Assembly (NCBI RefSeq): GCF_900079115.1
Contig: NZ_LT549890.1
Location: 840,001-872,000 of the forward strand
Direction: 5' to 3'
Length of the DNA: 32,000 nucleotides
DNA from: Saccharolobus solfataricus
GTDB taxonomy: Archaea > Thermoproteota > Thermoprotei_A > Sulfolobales > Sulfolobaceae
The position numbers and the translations under genes are program-made. Each line of letters opens with the position of its first letter. Within the stretch, counting starts at the first letter, position 1. Under the pieces are notes generated by a model. That model ran no database searches. It had not been told where the DNA came from and saw only the letters and a list, made by a program, of their open reading frames with translations. This document shows, piece after piece, positions 10,878-18,846 of the stretch.

Positions 10878-11958
10878 TAAAATAATTGAGAAAGCGACAC
10901 AAATATTATCAAAATATCCCTTGTGTGATAGCTGTCTAGGAAGATGTTTTGCAAGATTAGGATATGGATTAGAGAATAAAGAAAGGGGTAGGGCTATCAA
11001 GATTTCGTTAATGTTAATCCTGGATGAAAAGATAAAAAATCATGAAATAGGTGACCTTAGCTCAATTAAAAGAATAATGGAGAATCTCGGACCGATAGCT
11101 GAAAAGTGGTATAAACTCTATTTCTCTTCAGAATTTCATAGCCACCCTTGCTATTTATGCCAAAATAAAATTGAAGATATAAAGGAAGATTTCTCCGATA
11201 AGGCGTTCAAGTTGTTATCTGGATTAGGTGTTAAAAGTTATGTACTTGGTGTTGAACTAGATGAGGAAACTAAGAAGAAGGAGAGTAAAATTATTGAAGA
11301 ATTTACTCTAATGTACTACGAGAGTATAAAACACGAAATAAAAAGGGAAGTAGGTAAAACATTGTCGAAAAGAGGATATCCCCCAAATATGGACAACCCT
11401 GAAGTAGAGATAGTTTATAGGCTTTCTGATCTGCAAGTGTTTATTATATCTAAAAATATAAGAACCTTTTACGTTTATAATCGTCTAAATAGAAACCTAC
11501 CTATATCCTCTTGGTTCTCTAAACAAGGAAATGAAGGACTGAATACTTTACTCCAGAGAAAGATCGTTTTCGCGTTTTCTGAACCCACAACAGTAAGGAT
11601 CCTCGCAGATTACCCTATTGTTATAGAAAATGAGGGAAGGGATAAGATAGATGTAGGAGGATATTACATTTTCAAAGTGATGACTGTAGGAAAAAAGGAG
11701 TTACAAGCGATATCGGCTGCTAAACCAACTATGAGGAAATATAGAGTTACAGTTTATTCTACAAGTAGTCTTAGTGACGCTATAAGGGTATACGGAAATA
11801 TATATGATCTCTACATAGACGCTAAATCATTTAGTGAGCTTAATGAGAAATTAAGTAAATTAAAGTCTCAATACGAAATTATAGTACTATCTGTTGATCT
11901 AATTGACGTTAAGGGGAGAATCAAAGATATAATTGAAAATTATCTAAAATCTTTTTAG
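10846..11958 (+). CDS. Pus10-like protein (N-terminal CxxC zinc module plus THUMP-like region, divergent catalytic part)
   Basis: The N-terminus ILSKYPLCDSCLGRCFARLGYGL matches the signature start of archaeal Pus10 as I remember it. A second CxxC occurs at HPCYLCQ. The only in-frame start is TTG at 10846, which overlaps the srp54 3' end by 32 nt. The C-terminal half is much less Pus10-like. Confidence 0.5.
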   Translation: MINSSEGKSDNKIIEKATQILSKYPLCDSCLGRCFARLGYGLENKERGRAIKISLMLILDEKIKNHEIGDLSSIKRIMENLGPIAEKWYKLYFSSEFHSHPCYLCQNKIEDIKEDFSDKAFKLLSGLGVKSYVLGVELDEETKKKESKIIEEFTLMYYESIKHEIKREVGKTLSKRGYPPNMDNPEVEIVYRLSDLQVFIISKNIRTFYVYNRLNRNLPISSWFSKQGNEGLNTLLQRKIVFAFSEPTTVRILADYPIVIENEGRDKIDVGGYYIFKVMTVGKKELQAISAAKPTMRKYRVTVYSTSSLSDAIRVYGNIYDLYIDAKSFSELNEKLSKLKSQYEIIVLSVDLIDVKGRIKDIIENYLKSF

Positions 11959-11981
11959 TTTGGAAGAATATATGCTAGTTT

Positions 11982-12851
11982 ATGAAGATAGGTCTTATAG
12001 GCCTAGGTATAATGGGATATAGAATAGCAGCCAATCTAGCTAAGGCTAATAAACTTAATTTAGTGTATGATAGGACTCAGGAAAAAATTGAAAGTTTCGT
12101 TAAGGAATATAAGGTTAACGGTGTACAAAATACTAAAGATCTTGTAGAATCATCAGATGTCATAATAACTATGTTGGCTGATGACTACGCAGTGAAGTCT
12201 GTGGTTGAACCATTAATACCATTGATGAAAGGCAAAATTTTAATTGATATGAGCACTATAAGTCCGACATTAAGTATTAGCTTAGCCAAGAGGATAGAAA
12301 GCAATGGCGGTACAATGTTTGATGCTCCTGTAATAGGAACTTCAGTATTTGTTGAGCAAAAGAAATTGGTTGTATTAGTAGGCGGACCTAAGGATAAGTT
12401 TGACATAGTTAATGATATAGCTAAGGAAACAGCATCGTTAGTAGTATATATGGGCCCTAATGGTATGGGACTTTATTCCAAGCTAGTAAATAACTTGCTT
12501 TTAGCCTCTTATGTCGCAGCTATAGCTGAAGCCTATAATTTCGGAATAAGAGCTGGATTAGAGCCTCAACAAGTTGTTAATATATTAACTACATTAAGTA
12601 GTGCTAGGTCTCCAACTACTGAATTAAAAGCACCTAAATTATTGAAAGAGGACTATTCAACTCAGTTTGCAACAAAACACATGAGGAAAGATTTAGAAAT
12701 TATTATGAGGGAAGCTCAGAATTTAAAGATAATTACACCGGTTTCATCATTAGTATTAGAACTGTATAAAATGGCAGAAGCATTAGGATATTCTGAGGCC
12801 GATTTCATCTCAGTTGTAGAAGTCTTCAAGAAACTCTCACCTAAAACCTAA
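11982..12851 (+). CDS. NAD(P)-dependent beta-hydroxyacid dehydrogenase (3-hydroxyisobutyrate / 6-phosphogluconate dehydrogenase-like family)
   Basis: 289 aa with the N-terminal Rossmann motif IGLIGLGIMGYRIA, DAPVIGT, and a helical C-terminal domain with a K(H)MRKDL motif typical of the HIBADH family. Confidence 0.75.
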   Translation: MKIGLIGLGIMGYRIAANLAKANKLNLVYDRTQEKIESFVKEYKVNGVQNTKDLVESSDVIITMLADDYAVKSVVEPLIPLMKGKILIDMSTISPTLSISLAKRIESNGGTMFDAPVIGTSVFVEQKKLVVLVGGPKDKFDIVNDIAKETASLVVYMGPNGMGLYSKLVNNLLLASYVAAIAEAYNFGIRAGLEPQQVVNILTTLSSARSPTTELKAPKLLKEDYSTQFATKHMRKDLEIIMREAQNLKIITPVSSLVLELYKMAEALGYSEADFISVVEVFKKLSPKT

Positions 12852-12875
12852 AAATCTCCTTTTTATACCTAAATT

Positions 12876-13673
12876 ATGAACATCAATATTTCTGGTAAAA
12901 GAGTCCTCGTTACAGCATCCACAGAAGGCATTGGTAGGGGGATTGCAGAGGCTTTTTTAAGAGAAGGATGCAACGTTGTAATATCTTCTAGGAATAAAGA
13001 TAAAATAGAAAAAGCTATTTTAGAAATGAGAAAAATAGGACCATCAGTATGGGGCTTTCCAGCAGATCTAACTGATTTTAAGTCTCTAGAGGAGTTAGTT
13101 GGCTACGCTTTAAAGATCATGAACGGAATCGACATTTTGGTTGTAAACTCTGGAAATCCTCCTAAAGAGCCTTCCTATTTTTTTGAGAACACTATGGAGG
13201 ATTGGGAATATGCTACTAAACTGTATCTATTAAGTGCAATAAAACTTACAAATCTAGTATATCAATACATGAAGGCTCAAAGATGGGGTAGAATATTCTT
13301 CTTATCCTCATGGACAATCAAAGAGCCTCAACGAATATTCTCGTTAGCAGATATTACAAGAGCACCATTAATTCAGATGGCAAAACTACTTAGCAAAGAA
13401 TTGGGGGAATACAACGTAAACGTTAACGTAATCTTAATGGGTAGTTTTGAAACTGAAGGAGCTAAGAGATCCTTAAAAAAATATGCAGAAAAAGTTGGTC
13501 AACCATTAGATGTTATTTGGAAGAGGGAGGTAATTTCTCAAATTCCTATTGGAAGGACTGGGGACATAAAGAATGAGTTAGGTTCTCTTTTGGTATTTTT
13601 ATCATCAGACTACGCAGGATATATTAATGGGACATCAATTCTAATAGATGGTGGAATGTCAAGAGCGATTTAA
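12876..13673 (+). CDS. Short-chain dehydrogenase/reductase (SDR) fold protein with non-canonical active-site motif
   Basis: 265 aa with TASTEGIGRGIA (TGxxxGxG-like), VVNSGN, and an LSS serine. The segment expected to hold YxxxK reads ADITR. Confidence 0.75.
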   Translation: MNINISGKRVLVTASTEGIGRGIAEAFLREGCNVVISSRNKDKIEKAILEMRKIGPSVWGFPADLTDFKSLEELVGYALKIMNGIDILVVNSGNPPKEPSYFFENTMEDWEYATKLYLLSAIKLTNLVYQYMKAQRWGRIFFLSSWTIKEPQRIFSLADITRAPLIQMAKLLSKELGEYNVNVNVILMGSFETEGAKRSLKKYAEKVGQPLDVIWKREVISQIPIGRTGDIKNELGSLLVFLSSDYAGYINGTSILIDGGMSRAI

Positions 13674-13743
13674 GGGCTAAAATAAACCTTTAATATTACC
13701 CTTGAAGGACTTAAGGTATTATACTTCATCTAACTCATGGAAA

Positions 13744-13757
13744 GGTTTATAAAATTA
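13744..13757 (+). promoter_or_regulatory. TATA-like box upstream of cren7
   Basis: ggtttataaaatta is centred about 35 nt upstream of the cren7 ATG (13785), compatible with a short leader. Confidence 0.35.
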
Positions 13758-13784
13758 GTCCTATAGTAGTATTATAGAGAAAAT

Positions 13785-14961
<1,177 letters not shown>

Positions 14962-14992
14962 TTCGTATGTCGAACCTTTCTTTACCGAATTC

Positions 14993-15001
14993 ATTATATA
15001 T
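14993..15001 (+). promoter_or_regulatory. TATA-like box for the LeuA/homocitrate synthase homologue
   Basis: attatatat is centred about 28 nt upstream of the ATG at 15025, which fits a leaderless transcript. Confidence 0.35.
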
Positions 15002-15024
15002 CCTTTACCTTAATTCTCACTTGT

Positions 15025-16410
15025 ATGATAAAAGTAGGTATTTTAGATTCGACGTTAAGAGAAGGAGAACAAACTCCTGGAGTAATATTTACTGTAGACC
15101 AAAGAGTAGAGATAGCTAAGGCTCTATCCGATTTAGGAGTATCTATGATAGAAGCCGGTCATCCGGCTGTATCTCCAGATATTTACGAAGGGATAAAAAG
15201 AATAGTCAAATTGAAAAAAGAGGGTATTATAACATCAGAAATTGTAGGACACAGTAGAGCCGTAAAAAGAGATATAGAAATTGCAGCAGAATTAGAGGTA
15301 GATAGGATAGCAATATTTTACGGCGTAAGTGATATACATCTAAAGGCGAAACATAAAGCAACAAGAGAAGAGGCTTTAAGGGTAATAGCTGAGACAATTA
15401 GTTACGCTAGGAGTCACGGCGTAAAAGTCAGATTTACCGCAGAAGATGGTTCAAGGACAGACTTTGACTTCTTAGTTACAGTATCGAGAACGGCTAGAGA
15501 TGCAGGTGCGGATAGGGTTAGTATAGCTGATACTGTAGGCATATTATATCCATCAAAAACCAAGGAATTATTTAGCGCGTTAATAAGGGAAGTTCCAAAC
15601 TTGGAGTATGATATTCACGCTCACAATGACTTAGGTCTAGCAGTAGCAAATGCATTGGCTGCAGTAGAAGGTGGAGCTACGATTGTTCATGCAACGGTTA
15701 ATGGGCTTGGAGAGAGGGTTGGTATAGTACCTTTGCAACAAATCGTAGCAGCTATTAAGTATCATTTTGGTATAGAAGTAGTTAAACTAGATAAATTACA
15801 GTACGTTTCCAGTTTAATTGAAAAGTACAGTGGAATTCCGATGCCACCTAATTATCCCATAACTGGGGATTACGCTTTTTTGCATAAGGCAGGAGTTCAT
15901 GTTGCGGGTGTGTTGAGTGATCCTAGAACATATGAATTTATGCCTCCAGAGACGTTTGGTAGAACAAGAGATTACACTATTGATAAATATACAGGAAAGC
16001 ATGCGTTAAGAGATAAATATGAAAAACTAGGTGTGAAAATCAGTGAGGCTGAAATGGATCAGATTTTAGCTAAAATTAAGTCAAATACGACTATAAGATT
16101 TTACAGAGATGTGGATTTACTAGAGTTAGCTGAAGAAGTTACCGGAAGAGTTTTGAAGCCAAGACCACCTGAGCAAATAGAAGCGTTAATTTCAGTTAAG
16201 TGTGATTCTAACGTTTATACCACATCAGTAACTCGTCGTTTATCAGTTATTAATGGCGTTAAAGAGGTTATGGAAATTTCAGGAGATTATGACATACTGG
16301 TCAAGGTTCAAGCTAAGGACTCTAATGAATTAAACCAGATAATCGAAAGTATAAGAGCAACTAAAGGTGTGAGATCAACATTAACATCATTAGTCCTTAA
16401 GAAAATGTAA
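15025..16410 (+). CDS. Homocitrate synthase-type enzyme (LeuA/NifV DRE-TIM aldolase family) with C-terminal RAM/ACT-like domain
   Basis: 461 aa with the LREGEQ and HAHNDLG metal/substrate motifs of the 2-isopropylmalate/homocitrate synthase family. The C-terminal ~77 aa (IEALISVK...DYDILVKVQAKDSNELNQIIESIRATKGVRSTLTSLVLKK) resemble the ligand-binding domain of Lrp/AsnC regulators. Confidence 0.7.
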   Translation: MIKVGILDSTLREGEQTPGVIFTVDQRVEIAKALSDLGVSMIEAGHPAVSPDIYEGIKRIVKLKKEGIITSEIVGHSRAVKRDIEIAAELEVDRIAIFYGVSDIHLKAKHKATREEALRVIAETISYARSHGVKVRFTAEDGSRTDFDFLVTVSRTARDAGADRVSIADTVGILYPSKTKELFSALIREVPNLEYDIHAHNDLGLAVANALAAVEGGATIVHATVNGLGERVGIVPLQQIVAAIKYHFGIEVVKLDKLQYVSSLIEKYSGIPMPPNYPITGDYAFLHKAGVHVAGVLSDPRTYEFMPPETFGRTRDYTIDKYTGKHALRDKYEKLGVKISEAEMDQILAKIKSNTTIRFYRDVDLLELAEEVTGRVLKPRPPEQIEALISVKCDSNVYTTSVTRRLSVINGVKEVMEISGDYDILVKVQAKDSNELNQIIESIRATKGVRSTLTSLVLKKM

Positions 16411-16458
16411 ATTCCCTTCTAAAACTTTTTAAGGAAAACGAGTTTATATTTAAAATGT

Positions 16459-16558
16459 GCGGGGGTGCCCGAGCTGGTCAAAGGGGGCGGACTCAAGACC
16501 CCTTAAGTGAGAGATCCGCTGGCGAAGGCCTTCGCGGGTTCAAATCCCGTCCCCCGCA
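16459..16558 (+). tRNA. tRNA-Leu(CAA) with a 16-nt intron after position 37
   Basis: Acceptor GCGGGGG/CCCCCGC plus discriminator A. Anticodon stem GCGGA/TCCGC is interrupted by an intron at 16498-16513. The anticodon CAA is at 16494-16496. It has a long variable arm (GGCGAAGGCCTTCGC) and the T-loop TTCAAAT. No CCA is encoded. Confidence 0.9.
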
Positions 16559-17223
16559 TCCATTTCTTCAATTCTACCTTGTTCATTAGCCAATATGATC
16601 TTATTATATAATTCCTTGCAGAAAATTCCAGTTTCTACTATTGATGGTATATTCTTTATCATTCTGTCAAACTCGCATAGATTTTCAGTTTTAACAGAAA
16701 CGTCCAAAATCACATTTCCATTATCTGAAATAATTGGCCCCATTTTACCGCTTCCCTCCCTTATTTTCACGGTAAATCCCATTTTCTCTAATTTGTATTT
16801 GACATAACTTACTCCAACGCTTATGACCTCAATTGGAATATCAATCACTTTAGTGTCTTTTAGTTTAGTAGATTCTCCTATAAAAATTCTGTATTTAGAA
16901 AAGTATGCCAAAAGTTTTTCCCTAAGCAAGGCACCTCCTCCACCCTTTATCATAATACCGTCTTTGGTAACTATATCGAAGCTATCGACGTAAATTTCTG
17001 GTTGAATAGCGGAGAAAAGGGAAAGTACTTTAAAACCGCGCTTACTTAATTCGATTTCAGTATCGATAGAGCTCGCAACAAATAATGAGCTTTCTTTAAG
17101 ATTTTCTTCACTACTTAAAACTTCTATCAATTTCTTAACAGTTTTTCCAGTACCAACGCCTATTATCTTTTTTCCTCTTAGATAGTTCAAAGTATACGTT
17201 GCTAGTAATTCCTTTGGATCCAC
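16540..17223 (-). CDS. rpiA: Ribose-5-phosphate isomerase A
   Basis: 227 aa with GVGTGKTV and KGGGGALLREK motifs typical of RpiA. The last 19 nt including the stop codon overlap the 3' end of the convergent tRNA-Leu. Confidence 0.88.
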   Translation of the reverse strand: MDPKELLATYTLNYLRGKKIIGVGTGKTVKKLIEVLSSEENLKESSLFVASSIDTEIELSKRGFKVLSLFSAIQPEIYVDSFDIVTKDGIMIKGGGGALLREKLLAYFSKYRIFIGESTKLKDTKVIDIPIEVISVGVSYVKYKLEKMGFTVKIREGSGKMGPIISDNGNVILDVSVKTENLCEFDRMIKNIPSIVETGIFCKELYNKIILANEQGRIEEMDAGDGI

Positions 17224-17259
17224 GAGTATATGGTTAGTAAAGTAAATATAAAACCTAAC

Positions 17260-17309
17260 TCAGCGTTTGCACATCCCTCTTCACCGATCTAAGCCTGGAA
17301 GCTCATCAT
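17260..17309 (-). ncRNA. Candidate C/D box sRNA
   Basis: Minus strand reads ATGATGA (17309-17303), 12 nt gcttccaggctt, AGAT (17290-17287), cg, GTGAAGA (17284-17278), 14 nt, CTGA (17263-17260). It ends just upstream of the rpiA TATA-like box (about 17241-17252). The second spacer is 2 nt longer than canonical. Confidence 0.35.
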
Positions 17310-17357
17310 TTATAAACAAATTATATTCAAAGGTATTTAACCTTAGGGTGTTAAAAT

Positions 17358-17601
17358 ATGTCAAACTCAGATCATTTAGCAAATGAAAGAACCTTATTAG
17401 CGTGGATAAGGACTGGGATTGCCCTAATAGGTTTCGGTTTTGTCATAGCTAAATTCGTACTCTTTTTACATATCCTAAAGCCGACCAGTACTACTCAATC
17501 TATATCAGTAATTTACGGTGAGGTTATGATAATTTTAGGTGTAATAACGATACTTTATGGTTTATATGCTTATTTAGCTTACGAAAAGGATTTAGAGAGA
17601 G
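17358..17601 (+). pseudogene. DUF202 (YidH-like) membrane protein gene, 5' fragment interrupted by an IS
   Basis: [22 protein letters not shown] is the DUF202 signature and two TM helices are present. The tracked ORF (to 17660) continues for 19 codons into the IS before a stop codon. Confidence 0.8.
17596..17601. repeat. Target-site duplication AGAGAG (left copy)
   Basis: An identical hexamer directly abuts both IS termini (17596-17601 and 18749-18754). Confidence 0.8.
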
Positions 17602-17614
17602 TAGCACTTTACGG
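17602..17614. repeat. IS terminal inverted repeat (left), TAGCACTTTACGG
   Basis: It matches the reverse complement of 18736-18748 (TAGCATTTATCGG) at 10 of 13 positions, including the terminal TAGCA. Confidence 0.7.
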
Positions 17615-18673
17615 TTTTCTCCTCCTCTTGAACAGTTTTTTGATCCCACCCACCTCGTGATAAATACTTTTTATCAATCTGGCCAACCTTTTGGCCCCGA
17701 GCACCAGACCCGTGGAGTACTTGAAGTATTGGACAACGAGGAGGGAGAGAGCCTTCAAGGCCACGAAGCCTGAGTTCCTAACCCAGGTCAAGAAGGACCC
17801 ACCCTCGAGTCCCAAGGCCTTGAGCTCTCTAATCAAGACCTCGATGTCCCAACGGTTCTCCCAGGTTGTTATAATATCTTCAGCCGTGTCGTTAAGGTCG
17901 GTGGAGAAGAAATACCTCCTCCCGTAACCCTTATAATCATCTATAACAAGTAACTTTATGGGAGTACCCAAGTACTCTACCAGGTACTCCCCTTGGGGGA
18001 ACTCGCTAACGGGTACGGATCTGCCACCCTCGACGACCCGCGCGCTGGACTTGAGTTCCCCCACAGTATTCCCTTGGAGAGTCCTCGAGTTCACGTACCA
18101 TGAGTCGAAGACCTTAGCTTTTACATTCAAACCTGAGAGGGAGGAGAGAAACTCCAAGAGGGCATCTATCTTGGTCTTGAACTTCACCTCCTCACCCCTA
18201 CGCTTGAGCTCCTCTTCCACCTTTCGGGGTATGTAGGCAATTATGTGGATCACGTAGATCTGGTTGTTCACCAGATCCTTGACGCCAATCACAAGGAGTT
18301 GAATCGCGGGTTCGAACCTCTTGTGTGATCTACAGTAGAAGATCTGCGCCCCGTTTCTGGAGACCGGCATGGCCCTAGCGTAGAGCTTGTGGTCGTGGGT
18401 GTCGTCCACTATGAGAAGGACAGGATGATCCCCGACTAACTTCTTCACGACCTCGATTAGTTTGGCCTGAGCTGCTTTGTCTAAGTTATTCAACACGGTC
18501 TCGTAGTCCATCTCGGCCTCTTGAGCTATTTCGGTAGCATTTCTTCCCACGACCGCCCCCAGGACGAGCCTCTTGGCAACGTCCTTCCTCGTTCCAGTCA
18601 TGGATAGTATGACCTCGTTAACTGCCTTTTCCAATGCCTTATAGTACTCCTCCCTCGTCAATTCTTTGGTCAT
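17609..18673 (-). CDS. DDE-type transposase of the IS (354 aa)
   Basis: The ORF fills the element. Candidate acidic triad contexts are [17 protein letters not shown] and [17 protein letters not shown]-like ctttttaaaatt lies about 30 nt upstream inside the right IS end. Confidence 0.8.
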   Translation of the reverse strand: MTKELTREEYYKALEKAVNEVILSMTGTRKDVAKRLVLGAVVGRNATEIAQEAEMDYETVLNNLDKAAQAKLIEVVKKLVGDHPVLLIVDDTHDHKLYARAMPVSRNGAQIFYCRSHKRFEPAIQLLVIGVKDLVNNQIYVIHIIAYIPRKVEEELKRRGEEVKFKTKIDALLEFLSSLSGLNVKAKVFDSWYVNSRTLQGNTVGELKSSARVVEGGRSVPVSEFPQGEYLVEYLGTPIKLLVIDDYKGYGRRYFFSTDLNDTAEDIITTWENRWDIEVLIRELKALGLEGGSFLTWVRNSGFVALKALSLLVVQYFKYSTGLVLGAKRLARLIKSIYHEVGGIKKLFKRRRKP

Positions 18674-18735
18674 ACCAAAATTAAAGGTTCTAATTTTAAA
18701 AAGTTTTTATGGGCCTCTTGAACTGCCAGGATTTT

Positions 18736-18748
18736 CCGATAAATGCTA
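18736..18748. repeat. IS terminal inverted repeat (right)
   Basis: CCGATAAATGCTA is the reverse-complement partner of 17602-17614. Confidence 0.7.
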
Positions 18749-18754
18749 AGAGAG
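18749..18754. repeat. Target-site duplication AGAGAG (right copy)
   Basis: See the left copy. Confidence 0.8.
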
Positions 18755-18846
18755 GTTCTATAAGACCAAAAAAGACTGAGAATACGATCTTTTCTGTTAT
18801 AATTATAGCATTTGCAATAATTTTATCATTTCTTTTGTTGTTCTAG
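18755..18846 (+). pseudogene. DUF202 membrane protein gene, 3' fragment (third TM helix)
   Basis: After in-silico IS excision the frame continues ...ER|GSIRPKKTENTIFSVIIIAFAIILSFLLLF*, with the stop codon at 18844-18846. Confidence 0.75.

Larger units (their letters stand above)
17602..18748 (-). mobile_element. Insertion sequence, 1147 bp, ISC1217-type
   Basis: The element has imperfect 13-bp terminal IRs, a 6-bp direct repeat of the target, a single 354-aa transposase ORF, and a G+C content far above the flanks. The length and 6-bp duplication match my recollection of ISC1217 from S. solfataricus; this needs checking against ISfinder. Confidence 0.8.

Noticed and set aside
9823-11000. Six overlapping minus-strand ORFs opposite srp54 and the Pus10-like gene.
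   Set aside because: They overlap one another in different frames and lie antisense to srp54, with hydrophobic low-complexity translations. These are typical shadow ORFs.
17691-18236. Plus-strand ORFs 17691-17927 and 17958-18236 within the IS.
   Set aside because: They are antisense to the transposase gene. Long open frames are expected there because the element is GC-rich and therefore poor in stop codons.
17624-18723. The 10-bp direct repeat CCTCTTGAAC as the target-site duplication of the IS.
   Set aside because: That boundary would put the transposase stop codon outside the element, and it leaves no inverted repeats. The TAGCA...TGCTA ends with an AGAGAG duplication restore the host ORF in frame, so the 10-mers are internal.
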